A DNA stretch of 64,000 bases from Rickettsiales bacterium. GTDB lineage: Bacteria; Pseudomonadota; Alphaproteobacteria; Rickettsiales; UBA6187. Positions within the stretch are counted from its first letter, which is position 1, and each line of letters starts with the position of its first letter. A program made the position numbers and the translations under genes. The notes under the pieces were generated by a model. It did not search any database. It was not told the DNA's origin and saw only the letters and a list, made by a program, of their open reading frames with translations. The stretch spans positions 32,202 through 96,201 of the forward strand of contig JBEVNR010000012.1 in the NCBI GenBank assembly GCA_040507985.1, given 5' to 3'. Positions 1 through 9,703 of the stretch are shown piece by piece.

Positions 1-388
1 AAGCGAAATGCTTCTTAACAGGTTCGGCGATTTTGACATCGTATGCATCATATGGGGCTATTTGCCGTGGGGCGCCGGACCGATGAACGACATATGGTAT
101 CGCATCGGCAATTTTCCCGTGCCCATTTTCCGTGTGGGCGCGTTTTTAGTGTCGGTATACATGTTCCAAAACACCATCGACTGGATTACGGACCTGGCGC
201 GCAGGTTCGGCGACGCCTTCGATACTTCCTTTAGTCAGGTGCAGTTGACGAACCAAGCGGCGGGCCAAGTGACGTCGCAACCGCTTCGCCTGGCGAGACA
301 TACCGGCGGATTCGTTAAACACTCAGGAAAAGAAGGATTTAAAACCGCGCGTCAAGGCATTAGAACGATAAAAAAAATGGACGTATGA
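1..388 (+). CDS. virB6: VirB6/TrbL-like type IV secretion protein, 3' part only (5' end lies outside the window)
   Basis: Frame is open from the window edge. The segment VCIIWGYLPWG followed by a hydrophobic helix resembles the C-termini of the two downstream VirB6 paralogs. ATGA overlap with the next gene. Confidence 0.65.
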   Translation, partial: SEMLLNRFGDFDIVCIIWGYLPWGAGPMNDIWYRIGNFPVPIFRVGAFLVSVYMFQNTIDWITDLARRFGDAFDTSFSQVQLTNQAAGQVTSQPLRLARHTGGFVKHSGKEGFKTARQGIRTIKKMDV

Positions 389-3030
389 CGATGAGCCATA
401 TCCCGTCATGGTCAATGCGACTGAAAAGAGCGTTATGCCTCTTGTCGCTGCTCGCGTGCGCGGCGTGCATTAACATGCCAAGTTATTGCCTGAAGCCCGG
501 CGACATCGGCAATTTCGAGATATATCAGTTTACCGTTCCCGCAAACGCGCCGTATTTCAACACGAACGTCGCCGTCGACGCCGGCGACGAGTTTAGCTTA
601 CACATTCAAGGCTCGATGAATCTTTGCCCGGGGGAGCTGGCGCTTTCGCCGAAAAATCCTTCCTTTCCGATTTCTCCCCAAAAAGAAACCTGGCAGGAAA
701 CGCCGTTTAAAGCCCGTAAGGACAATCCGTTCGCGCTCCGGGCGGCGGGTGCGTATTTCGATCGTTCGGGAAGGCGCGAATTAGGAAAAGGATTATACGT
801 CCTTATCATCGACGAAAAAGAGTTTGAGGCGCAAAAATCGCAACTGAACGATTTGGATTTCGACGCCGATCCCGAACCTAACAACGATCATAAAGCGTTT
901 GGGGGCAAGCAAAACTACGAAATGTTTTCGTTTGACAAGATAAGCGGAGGAAAAGAGGTCGTTAGCCTATCCATGCCCTTTGACGGACGGATATATTTTC
1001 GTTACGCACGCAGCGCCGACGCCAAAAAAGTCGTCAAAAGCGGGGGCGATTTACGACCGGAAAGTCCTTGGCGCGGCTATTACGCGTGGACGGACAGGTG
1101 CGATCCATGCGTTAAAATGGGTCCGCTGGCAGCCATTACGGAAGTATGCCGGGATTACGCGCCGGATTCTCCGAATTGCAGGGAACCGACGGGCGACCAC
1201 TGGGTGGACGACGACTACAAAAAAAATAGCGGCGGCTACGACGTCACGTTTTATTCCGGGTGTTACGTCGAAAACGGCGCGAATATCGACGTCGCCTTCG
1301 GCGGCCTTGGAGAAAGCGTTCCCAATACGCGATATAAGGGAACCAACGTACCATGCATTAGCCAGTCGAACGGACTGTGCGAAAATAGCGGCACGTTCTC
1401 TCCAAACGGTGCGCCGAGCGGCACGCCCTACGCGCCCGGAAAAGATTTTCTGGGCGTAAAGGTTAACCTTGCCGGCGCGATGGAAAAAATGGCTAAGGCC
1501 CCCGGTAAGGGCAACGTTATTTTTAAGCTCAACGACCAATACCAAAAACCGAGCGACTTGGTTAGTCCTTCCGGCGCATGCGCGGGCGCGGGTAAGGACG
1601 TGTCGCCGGCATGTTGCTTTCTGAACGCATGGCCGGAGGATTCTATAGGCGAAAAATTTAACGACGCCTCTTGTCCCTCTCCCATACAGAAATCCGGTGC
1701 GCAATTATGCGCGAAATACAGCAATTCCTGTATTCCGGCCGCCGGCTACACCGGTTATGCCGATAATGTCGGTTCCTATACCGTGGTGCTAAACGTACAG
1801 AGAAAACCTAAAATTAATCGCTTTTTGCGCGCGGTGAGCAGGCCGGTGGAACGATTGCTGTACGGCGCATGTTCGGGAAACGATTCCGCCAAAAGCGAAG
1901 CCGAATGCGGCAACACGGACTGGACCAAAGGCATTGCCGAACGCGTCTATACGGCGGCGGTCGAAAGCAAGGGTTATCGATTAATCGTCTATGCGCTCGC
2001 CACGCTCATGGTAACGCTATACGGTTATGCTCATATGCTGGGTTTGGTGAAGGACACGGCTAGAGAGACGATCGTTCGGGTTATTTATGTCGGGATCGTG
2101 TTTACCTTGCTTGCGCCGGAAAGTTGGCAAATATTGTATAAGTATTTGTTTAGCTTTTTTATCGAAGGCATAGACGGCTTTATGATCATCTTGCAATCGG
2201 ACATATTGTTTAGTTTTTTTGATGACGTTGACACCAGCGCCAACGAAATTCAAAATATCGCGGAACCGACGGCAAGCGGTTTCCCGGGTATTAGCATAGA
2301 AGATCCGTTTGATTTCTTCTACTATACGTTTTATTGGATATTTAACGGAATGACGATATTAAAAATGTTGTCGTTCCTTATGTACGAATTTCCCTTCGGC
2401 ATTTTTTATTTATTTTTGTTCCTCATCATCCTTATTTTGTATCTCGTGCTTATTTTACGTACGTTTTTTATGGTGTTGGTCGCAAAAGTGACGATGGCTA
2501 TTCTTATCTCGGTAGCGCCGATGTTCTTTATCATGCTCTTTTTTAATAAAATGCGTCCGCTTTTTTATAACTGGCTAAAAATATTGGCCAGCTTTATGAT
2601 GCAGGCCGTCGTGATGGTTACCGCCGTCGCGATGTTTAACATCTTGTTCTTTGTGTTCATGTATAAGCTTTTATCGATACCTTTATGCGTCGGGTGCGTT
2701 ATTAATTTAGAAATTTTTCCTTTCTGGCATTGGTTTGACTTTTGCCTATTTTATTTTTTTAAGCCGCATCCAAACTACGTGAAGCCTCTATTGTTTTTCG
2801 TTATCATATTAACGCTGCACGTCGGTCAACACGTCAGCTTGTCACTTACAAAGTGGACGGCCATCATGTTTGAGGCCGGCTCGGCCACGCTTAAGGAGGT
2901 GGCGGAAAAGATGAGCGCCGATGCCCAACGGGCGATAACCGCCCCGATACTTGGAGGCATGCGCATGGCAATGAAAGGCGCGTCCATGGCGTCTAAACTG
3001 GGCAAGGGGGGCGGAACAACGAACCGTTAG
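385..3030 (+). CDS. virB6: VirB6/TrbL family type IV secretion protein with long Cys-rich N-terminal extension (881 aa)
   Basis: N-terminal signal/lipobox-like segment. Polytopic core with LLAPESWQILYKYLF, ILISVAPMFFIMLFF and LFYNWLKILASFMMQ, typical of TrbL/VirB6. Confidence 0.9.
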   Translation: MTMSHIPSWSMRLKRALCLLSLLACAACINMPSYCLKPGDIGNFEIYQFTVPANAPYFNTNVAVDAGDEFSLHIQGSMNLCPGELALSPKNPSFPISPQKETWQETPFKARKDNPFALRAAGAYFDRSGRRELGKGLYVLIIDEKEFEAQKSQLNDLDFDADPEPNNDHKAFGGKQNYEMFSFDKISGGKEVVSLSMPFDGRIYFRYARSADAKKVVKSGGDLRPESPWRGYYAWTDRCDPCVKMGPLAAITEVCRDYAPDSPNCREPTGDHWVDDDYKKNSGGYDVTFYSGCYVENGANIDVAFGGLGESVPNTRYKGTNVPCISQSNGLCENSGTFSPNGAPSGTPYAPGKDFLGVKVNLAGAMEKMAKAPGKGNVIFKLNDQYQKPSDLVSPSGACAGAGKDVSPACCFLNAWPEDSIGEKFNDASCPSPIQKSGAQLCAKYSNSCIPAAGYTGYADNVGSYTVVLNVQRKPKINRFLRAVSRPVERLLYGACSGNDSAKSEAECGNTDWTKGIAERVYTAAVESKGYRLIVYALATLMVTLYGYAHMLGLVKDTARETIVRVIYVGIVFTLLAPESWQILYKYLFSFFIEGIDGFMIILQSDILFSFFDDVDTSANEIQNIAEPTASGFPGISIEDPFDFFYYTFYWIFNGMTILKMLSFLMYEFPFGIFYLFLFLIILILYLVLILRTFFMVLVAKVTMAILISVAPMFFIMLFFNKMRPLFYNWLKILASFMMQAVVMVTAVAMFNILFFVFMYKLLSIPLCVGCVINLEIFPFWHWFDFCLFYFFKPHPNYVKPLLFFVIILTLHVGQHVSLSLTKWTAIMFEAGSATLKEVAEKMSADAQRAITAPILGGMRMAMKGASMASKLGKGGGTTNR

Positions 3031-3033
3031 ACT

Positions 3034-5652
3034 ATGAGTGCCTTCTTTAAGAAATTTTTTCGGAACGGATTGTCCGCGTTGCTGCTTATGCTCCTTACCG
3101 CCTGCGGGGATTACGGATGCGTGGACGCGGACGATTGGGGGTATCCTAAAATTCCGTTGTTGATGGATTTTGAAGACATGCAAAAAGACGGCACGCTGGT
3201 GCTTTATCCGGGCAATGATTACATTCAATATATGCAACCGGTGGACAGCCATCAATTGCTGATGGGAACGCCGCTTATTATTAAGATGGATCGCGCGCAC
3301 AACCAATGGGCGCCGTTTCTCGGACCCTGGCTCAACCCGATGTTTGACGGCGACGGCGAAGAGCGCATGGTGGACGGGTGGTGGCCGGAAAAACTGATTC
3401 CTAATCGCGAATGCCGATATTTCGTCTATGATCCAAGTCTGAACTATAGTTACATAGATAAACAATTTTACGATCCGAACTTTCCTTCTAACCAACCCAC
3501 CATCGCGCTTCAAAAGCAACAACTCATTAAATGCGCCAGAAATAAGGAAAACGCTTCCGATTTTACCGACGCCGATTTTTACGGAGATTGCCTAGCTCCA
3601 TGCTTCGTTCGTCACGGCGTAGGGTTATATATGGCTATTTTCCCGGAGAAGAAAACACTGGACGATCTGGCGACGCTCACGCCCGAAGATTTGCATCTTA
3701 CGCATTTAACCGACTTTCCCCTGAACGGTCCGCTTAACGCGCCGGAAACCGGTCCCGACGCGCGCGCAATCGACGGATTTTTAGTCACCGGCAGCGTTCC
3801 CGGCACGAAAAGAAACGACCGCTTATATTTTAAGATTGAAGACACTTATTACCAGGACAATACCGGCGGCTATATCGTGCATTTAAAATGCGGCACGAAA
3901 CCCGACAAAAAAGGGCCGTTCCAATACGCCACCGACATGGTCAGAACGTTTTCGCTTTCCATGGCCGAAGCGATGTACAAGATTCTTACCTCTGCCGAAG
4001 GATTTATCAACATCGTGCGGGCGCTTCTCGTCCTTAGCGTCGTATTGTACGGCCTTAATTTTCTCATGGGAACGGTGCCGCTTTCTTTAGGCTCCACCAT
4101 CCGCATGTCCGATTTCATTCTATACGTTCTAAAATTGGGCGCGGTCATCACCCTTATTAGTCCGGAGAGCTGGGACTTTTTCTACAATCACTTTTTTAAG
4201 GTGTTTACTTCCGCCGTCGATTTTCTGGGAGGATTGTTTTTAGAGGGAGTCGACGATCTAGGGCTTGGGTGCAACTGGCTCGGGGAAGAATCTCCGTGGT
4301 ACGCGGCCGACGTCATGTTTCGGGTGTTAACCTCGGACGAAACATGGCGAAAGGTGGCGTCCACGTTATTTAGCAATGTATGGGGCTGGTTGTTTATCGT
4401 CACGTTCATTGCGGCGTTCGTCATATTTTTTATCGCCGCCGCCAAAATGCTGCTTATTTATTGCCTGGGGTTCATCTCCCTCGCCATATTGATCATATTG
4501 TTCCCCATATTTTTCGTGTTGTATTTATTTGGGTGGACGAAAGACTATTTCGCGAAGGAATGGGTGAGCCAAGTGGTGGCGAACGTCACCGAAATCGTCT
4601 TTTCGGTGGCGCTGCTCGGCTTTATTTTCCAATTAATTATGGTGATGCTGCAAGGAACGCTAGGGTATCGCGTGTGTTGGAAAACGTTTTTTGAGTTCCC
4701 TAAAACGCCGGTATTGGTGTCCTTGGAATTTTTTATGCCGGATATCGGTCCCGTCATTGAAATGACCGACACCGACGGAGACGGAGCGACCGATACCCAA
4801 CGCTATCGCGACATGCCGTATTTTGATCTGACGAAAGACGCCGACAAGATACAACGCTATTTGCGCGGGAATAATTTTATCGATCTATCGGGATTGGTCG
4901 GACTGCTGGCCGTGATGCTGATATTCCGTTACATGAGCGATTTGCTATCGAAAATCTCCGACGAACTCAAGGCCGGTGGCGACTCCTTCCGCCAAAGCGC
5001 CAGCCTTGCCTCCGGCGGGGCGTGGACGCCGAGCGCCGTTCTCAACGACGCGAGGCAAACGCTTCCCGTCAAGCGGCGCATGGCATTTGGATTCATACCG
5101 TGGATTGGGCTTCGTAAGGGCGGGGCATTCGTCGATACCATGGTGCGCGCCTCAACCGTCGGTAAGGCCGCCATTGGCGTCGCGATGGAGCAAGGTAAGG
5201 AAGCCGCGAAGGAAACGAACGCCTCGTTTAACGAAAGCTTCTTTAAGGAATTGGAGGGTCGCAAGACGAAATACGAAAAAGCCCTTGGCGACGCGATGAC
5301 CGCAGGTACGCCGGAAGAACAAAAAGAGGCCCGTAAATTGATGCTCGCCAATAATAAAGTTCTGTTGAAAAAAGGGTTAAAGGTGGCGGAAAATGTAAAC
5401 GCTCGACGTAGCGGCGATAAAAGCGCGATCCGCAACGTGACGGTTAACAGAGACGACCTTGTCTATCCGGGCATTAGCGACGCCGGGTACATTACCGCCG
5501 CCAATAGGTTTGCCGACGCGGTCAATACGCTTCAAGACAACGAAAGAAGGGGCGTAAAAGACTTAAGCGGCGACGTCAGGGAGCTAAATGACGCGGCGGA
5601 AAAATTCGAGGTGGCAAACGCGCTCTACGAAAAACGCATCGATAACGAATAG
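3034..5652 (+). CDS. virB6: VirB6/TrbL family type IV secretion protein (872 aa), lipobox LTAC
   Basis: LLTAC lipobox and CVDADDWG N-terminal motif. Core has LISPESWDFFYNHFF and LFPIFFVLYLFGWTKDYF, paralogous to the upstream gene. Confidence 0.9.
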   Translation: MSAFFKKFFRNGLSALLLMLLTACGDYGCVDADDWGYPKIPLLMDFEDMQKDGTLVLYPGNDYIQYMQPVDSHQLLMGTPLIIKMDRAHNQWAPFLGPWLNPMFDGDGEERMVDGWWPEKLIPNRECRYFVYDPSLNYSYIDKQFYDPNFPSNQPTIALQKQQLIKCARNKENASDFTDADFYGDCLAPCFVRHGVGLYMAIFPEKKTLDDLATLTPEDLHLTHLTDFPLNGPLNAPETGPDARAIDGFLVTGSVPGTKRNDRLYFKIEDTYYQDNTGGYIVHLKCGTKPDKKGPFQYATDMVRTFSLSMAEAMYKILTSAEGFINIVRALLVLSVVLYGLNFLMGTVPLSLGSTIRMSDFILYVLKLGAVITLISPESWDFFYNHFFKVFTSAVDFLGGLFLEGVDDLGLGCNWLGEESPWYAADVMFRVLTSDETWRKVASTLFSNVWGWLFIVTFIAAFVIFFIAAAKMLLIYCLGFISLAILIILFPIFFVLYLFGWTKDYFAKEWVSQVVANVTEIVFSVALLGFIFQLIMVMLQGTLGYRVCWKTFFEFPKTPVLVSLEFFMPDIGPVIEMTDTDGDGATDTQRYRDMPYFDLTKDADKIQRYLRGNNFIDLSGLVGLLAVMLIFRYMSDLLSKISDELKAGGDSFRQSASLASGGAWTPSAVLNDARQTLPVKRRMAFGFIPWIGLRKGGAFVDTMVRASTVGKAAIGVAMEQGKEAAKETNASFNESFFKELEGRKTKYEKALGDAMTAGTPEEQKEARKLMLANNKVLLKKGLKVAENVNARRSGDKSAIRNVTVNRDDLVYPGISDAGYITAANRFADAVNTLQDNERRGVKDLSGDVRELNDAAEKFEVANALYEKRIDNE

Positions 5653-5783
5653 CGGTTTAAAAGGAGCCAACAAAAATCTTTTTTGTTAAAAAAACGTAAA
5701 CTATCGCGCTTATAATAAAAGCATCCGGGGTTTCGACGCATGTAAATTTCGGAGCGTTTAATTTTTTTTAGGAGCTTTTAACC

Positions 5784-6137
5784 ATGTATTCCCTCTATAA
5801 ACCGCGTTTCGAGACCACGCACTTGTTGACGGCGTTAGCGGTGCTGCTTATCGCAATTATGCCCGACCTGTCTTTCGCGCAAGGCACGGGCGGCGGCGGC
5901 GCCGCCGAAGGCGCCGACGAAATTATGGACGCCGTATGCGCCGTCATTAAAGCGTTGCAAGGCCCCGTGGCTAGAGGCGTGGCAGCCTTCGGCATTATCT
6001 TCTTGGGATTCTCTCTTTTCCTAGGGAAAATTTCATGGGGTACCGGTATTGCCTTGGCGATCGGTCTTGGCGCCGTGTTCGGTGCAAAAACCATCGTCGG
6101 TGCGTTAGGTAAAACAAAACAAGGATTTTGCGAATAA
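5784..6137 (+). CDS. virB2: TrbC/VirB2 family pilin
   Basis: 117 aa with a signal peptide, then C-x-V-I-x-x-L-Q-G-P-V-A-R-G-V-A, two hydrophobic helices with GKISWG, and a C-terminal Cys. AGGAG SD upstream. Confidence 0.9.
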   Translation: MYSLYKPRFETTHLLTALAVLLIAIMPDLSFAQGTGGGGAAEGADEIMDAVCAVIKALQGPVARGVAAFGIIFLGFSLFLGKISWGTGIALAIGLGAVFGAKTIVGALGKTKQGFCE

Positions 6138-6175
6138 AATTACCGTTACTTCCAAGCGAAGGCATGATTTCCATG

Positions 6176-6201
6176 CGGGGGTTTCCCTAGGGAAGCCCCC
6201 G
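6176..6201 (+). terminator. GC-rich hairpin after virB2
   Basis: CGGGGGTTTCCC-TA-GGGAAGCCCCCG inverted repeat; weak U-tract. Confidence 0.55.
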
Positions 6202-6251
6202 TAATTCGCATCTCTACGGTAAAAACATTTTTCCTAAAGGAAGGGAAACAT

Positions 6252-6611
6252 ATGTCGGAAACAGACTTAAACGTTGCGGACGAAACGCATTTAAAACAAT
6301 TGTTTTATCGCTTATATCGCCAGATCGACGCCGTCTATTCCGACGCGTCTGCCGCAGCGGAGGAACGTCAAGGATTTTCCGAGGGAGATTATTTCGCGCT
6401 CGAAAATAAGCTGACGCATATCGAAGGCGCGGGGGACGCGTTATGCCGATCGTTGTTTTCCCGTTCGCTTCCCGCTGCTTTTTCCGAGAGCGCCGCAAAC
6501 GCCAACAATGAAAATTGCGACGCAAGCATGAAGGAACTATTAGGCGCGATCGAAAATTACGGACGCTTTTGTCGGGCGATGGCCTCTTCTCCCTCATTGA
6601 AACCATCTTAA
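6252..6611 (+). CDS. hypothetical protein (119 aa, helical)
   Basis: ATG preceded by purine-rich AAGGAAGGGA; fills the intergenic space; no motif recognised. Confidence 0.6.
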   Translation: MSETDLNVADETHLKQLFYRLYRQIDAVYSDASAAAEERQGFSEGDYFALENKLTHIEGAGDALCRSLFSRSLPAAFSESAANANNENCDASMKELLGAIENYGRFCRAMASSPSLKPS

Positions 6612-6661
6612 AATCCGTGTAGAATGTCGCTGACGTAGCGAACGGAAATTAAGAGCCTCAT

Positions 6662-6979
6662 ATGACGCCGCACCATCATCGGGAGAACGACCTTTTAGGA
6701 CGCGCACATTCCTTTTATCTTCATAAAAAAGGCGACTCAATCGACGGGTTTCATCATAACGGCAACGATTCCTCCGAAAGCTCCGGCGCCGGAGGGAGCG
6801 ACTCTTCCGCCTATTATAAAAAACTCTCCTCCTACTATTCCGATTTTCTTGATTGCTATGTAAAAATTTATAATTTCTTACGCAGTCGTGGCATACTAAA
6901 ACACAAGGTGCGCGCCGCCGAAATAATGAACGAAAAGGAAGAACAGTCTCAGGACGCCGATCGCGGCATGGGGGATTAA
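6662..6979 (+). CDS. hypothetical protein (105 aa, His-rich N-terminus, Ser/Gly linker)
   Basis: ATG-started ORF ending just before a terminator hairpin. Confidence 0.55.
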   Translation: MTPHHHRENDLLGRAHSFYLHKKGDSIDGFHHNGNDSSESSGAGGSDSSAYYKKLSSYYSDFLDCYVKIYNFLRSRGILKHKVRAAEIMNEKEEQSQDADRGMGD

Positions 6980-6981
6980 AT

Positions 6982-7008
6982 AAAAAGAGGAGGCTTTCGC
7001 CCCCTCTT
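6982..7008 (-). terminator. Intrinsic terminator for the flagellin gene (possibly bidirectional)
   Basis: AAGAGG...GGC-TTTC-GCC...CCTCTT hairpin with an A-run on the + strand (U-run on the minus transcript), between convergent genes. Confidence 0.65.
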
Positions 7009-7034
7009 CCCCTTCCTGCATCCCCCTAAGGATA

Positions 7035-9407
7035 CTAAAATCGCAGCAATTGCAGCAACTTGCCGATGCGCGAGTTGACTTGCGCCAGAATCGCGGAGGC
7101 GGCGTCGGCCTTGACGGTTGCTTCGGTAAACTCGGTGGACTCTTTGGAATAATCCGTGTCCAACAAGGACGAACGCGCGGCGTCCGCGTTTTGGATGGAC
7201 GATTCGTTGTTGGCGATGGCGGAGTCGAAGGACGACGTCGCCGCGTCTACGTCGGAGATCAGCGAAATCACCTTGTTGATCGCGTTGTTCAGCACGTCGC
7301 CGGCCTTTTTTGCGCCGTCCAGCGTGCCGATGTTGAGCGATTGGGTGACGCTGCCGCTGTCCTTGTACAAATCGCTCGTCGTGGCGCCGCCGATGGACAC
7401 GCCGATCGCGTCGCTGGACGCGCTGCCCACTTGGAACGATAGCGAGTTATTGGAGGCCACGCCGAACAAGTTGTTTAGCGTCGTGGCGAAATTGGACGCC
7501 GCCGTGTCGGTCGAAAGGTCGATCGAGGTGGTGTTCACGCCGTTCGCGCCGCCCGCTCCGGCCAATTCAAGGATAATTTGCTTGCCGTCGCCTTCGGTGG
7601 ACGAGTTCAGCACGATCTGCACCCGGTCCGCCGAGTTGATCGTAATGTTCTTGTTGCTCGTGCTAAAGCTCGATCCGTTAGCGCCCACGACGCTTAAACC
7701 CAAGTCGCTGTTCAGCGAGGCGGTGCCGGCCGAGGTGCTGTCGGACAAGTCCGCCGTGTACGTCACGCCGTTAACGGTCGTACTCAGTTTAAACGTGTCC
7801 TTGTCGTAGCTGAACGAACCGATGCTGCCGAAGGAGCCGTCGCTGCCGAAGTTGTCGCTACGGACGCGAAGCGCGCCCGTCACGCCGCCCGACGCGCTGG
7901 TGCTATAGCCGGTCAGCCCTTCCAGAACCGTGCCGACCGCCGCTTTCAGGGAATCGTCCGTCGCGCTGACATGGTCGGCGTTGATGGCGCGCTCTTGCAC
8001 GATGCTCGCTTTGGAAAGCTGCTCGCCCAGCGCCGTCGAGGTGCTGTTAAGCGCGTTTTGTATCGTCGTCAGCGAGGCGCCGCTGCCGCCGAGCGACACG
8101 TCGCTCGAACCGAACGTCAACTGGAAGCCGTTGTCGGTCAGGTTGCCGCTTGAATCCTTGGCGCCGTTCGCGTTAAAGAAAGTCAATGCTTGGCTTCCCC
8201 TAATCACGGTGTTCGTGCCGGTGTCCTGCAACCCGACGGAGTTCGACGTGTAGGTTTGGCCGTTGACTTCGGCGCTAAAGGTGACGCGTTTTTCCGCTCC
8301 CTCTTGCGTGACGGTCGCGCTGATGTTTTTGATTTGCCCTTCTAGTTTTGCGTCGAACGTGCTGTTGGAAGCGTTGCCCCGATTCGCGCCTTGCGTTACC
8401 CCGCTTTCGGCGGAAACCGCCGCAATGGTGCGGGAGCTGCCCGCGATGTCCGTCGGCGTGGTGTTGCCCACCGTCGCGGTGGCGCCGGCCTCGATGCCCG
8501 TCACTTGGAAGGAAATCGTGTTGGCGGCGTCGCCGGCGTCTTTCGCGGTGACGACAAGGCTGGAGCCGACGGCTTCGTAGGTGAATTTACGGGCGTTTGC
8601 GTCGGTGCTTTGGTTTAACGCGGTGGCGGCGGCGTTTACGAACGCCACGCCGTCCGCGGCGGCGTTGCCGGCGGCGCTATAGGTAAAGGCGATGGCCGAA
8701 CCGCCCGCCACCGTAATGCTGGCGGCCTGGGTGGCGCTGCCGGCGGCGGCGTTACCGACGACGTCGATGCTAAATTGCGCGCGCGTGGTGCCAATGTTTT
8801 CTGAGGCGACGGCGCCGAAGGCGCCGATGACGTTGCCGTCCGCCTGCGCTTCGGTACTGCTGGTGTCGGCGGCAAGCGAGCTGACCAGGTTGCCGGAGGA
8901 AACGGTGCCGGCCAACCGGAATTGGTTGGTGCTGGTGAGCGAGTAATTTTCGCTGGTTTCGGCGGTTTTCGTCGAGCCGCTCGCTTTACCGGAAATCGAA
9001 CCGTTAATCAGCGCCTTGCCGTTAAAGTTGGTGTTGTTGGCGATGCGGTCTATTTCTTTGGACAACGCCTGGAACTCCTGGTTCAAGAATCCGCGTTCGT
9101 TGTCGGAGAGGGAGTCGTCGGACGCTTTCGTCGCCAGGTTTTTTTGCGACGTTAAAAGGTCCGCGATGGTTTCTAATCCGCCTTTCGCCGTGCTTAAAAG
9201 GCTTTTCGCTTGTCCGGCGTTGAGAGTGGCCGTCTTAAGGACCTCCACTTTGGTGCTAAGCACCGTACCGACGGAGAAATCCGCCACGTTGGCGTTCTGG
9301 CGCTTGCCGGTAACGAGGTTGGATACGGATTCGGACACGGCCGAAGAGGCGCGGTTAATGTTTGCCTGCGCTATCTTCGAGTCCGAGCTACTAATGGAAA
9401 CTGGCAT
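7035..9407 (-). CDS. fliC: Flagellin, large (790 aa)
   Basis: N-terminal EFQALSKEIDRIANNTNFNGKALING; C-terminal LSFQVGS and ARSSLLDTDYSKESTEF...LLQLLR. Ala/Ser/Thr/Gly-rich variable middle. GGAG SD. Confidence 0.93.
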   Translation of the reverse strand: MPVSISSSDSKIAQANINRASSAVSESVSNLVTGKRQNANVADFSVGTVLSTKVEVLKTATLNAGQAKSLLSTAKGGLETIADLLTSQKNLATKASDDSLSDNERGFLNQEFQALSKEIDRIANNTNFNGKALINGSISGKASGSTKTAETSENYSLTSTNQFRLAGTVSSGNLVSSLAADTSSTEAQADGNVIGAFGAVASENIGTTRAQFSIDVVGNAAAGSATQAASITVAGGSAIAFTYSAAGNAAADGVAFVNAAATALNQSTDANARKFTYEAVGSSLVVTAKDAGDAANTISFQVTGIEAGATATVGNTTPTDIAGSSRTIAAVSAESGVTQGANRGNASNSTFDAKLEGQIKNISATVTQEGAEKRVTFSAEVNGQTYTSNSVGLQDTGTNTVIRGSQALTFFNANGAKDSSGNLTDNGFQLTFGSSDVSLGGSGASLTTIQNALNSTSTALGEQLSKASIVQERAINADHVSATDDSLKAAVGTVLEGLTGYSTSASGGVTGALRVRSDNFGSDGSFGSIGSFSYDKDTFKLSTTVNGVTYTADLSDSTSAGTASLNSDLGLSVVGANGSSFSTSNKNITINSADRVQIVLNSSTEGDGKQIILELAGAGGANGVNTTSIDLSTDTAASNFATTLNNLFGVASNNSLSFQVGSASSDAIGVSIGGATTSDLYKDSGSVTQSLNIGTLDGAKKAGDVLNNAINKVISLISDVDAATSSFDSAIANNESSIQNADAARSSLLDTDYSKESTEFTEATVKADAASAILAQVNSRIGKLLQLLRF

Positions 9408-9703
9408 GAATATCTCCTACATGGAATAAGGGCCTGTGAGAGGTCGCGCTACTTGCGCGCCTTTTTTATACTTTCCAGTATAGGCGAGGAAGAATTAAAT
9501 AATTATGTATATTTTATTCAATTTTGAGAAAAAACATCTGCAAGGAAAGGGATTTTTGGCAAACGCGTAAAGATGAAGCAAAATTTGAACGACAATTCAT
9601 ATTTCGCTTAAGAAACGAGAGCGTGCCCGGTCAAAAAAATATGGCGCGCCCAAAAAAAATTAAGTATATAGACTAAACGAACTAGACGCTAAAGCGGGTT
9701 GAT

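Noticed and set aside
5686-5701. TTAA-N7-TAAAC near-match to a CtrA box upstream of virB2
   Set aside because: One mismatch in AT-rich DNA is expected by chance, and other candidates have wrong spacing.
7050-9527. Many long + strand ORFs opposite flagellin, and similar antisense ORFs across the window
   Set aside because: Expected shadows of GC-rich coding sequence, with no motifs or start signals.
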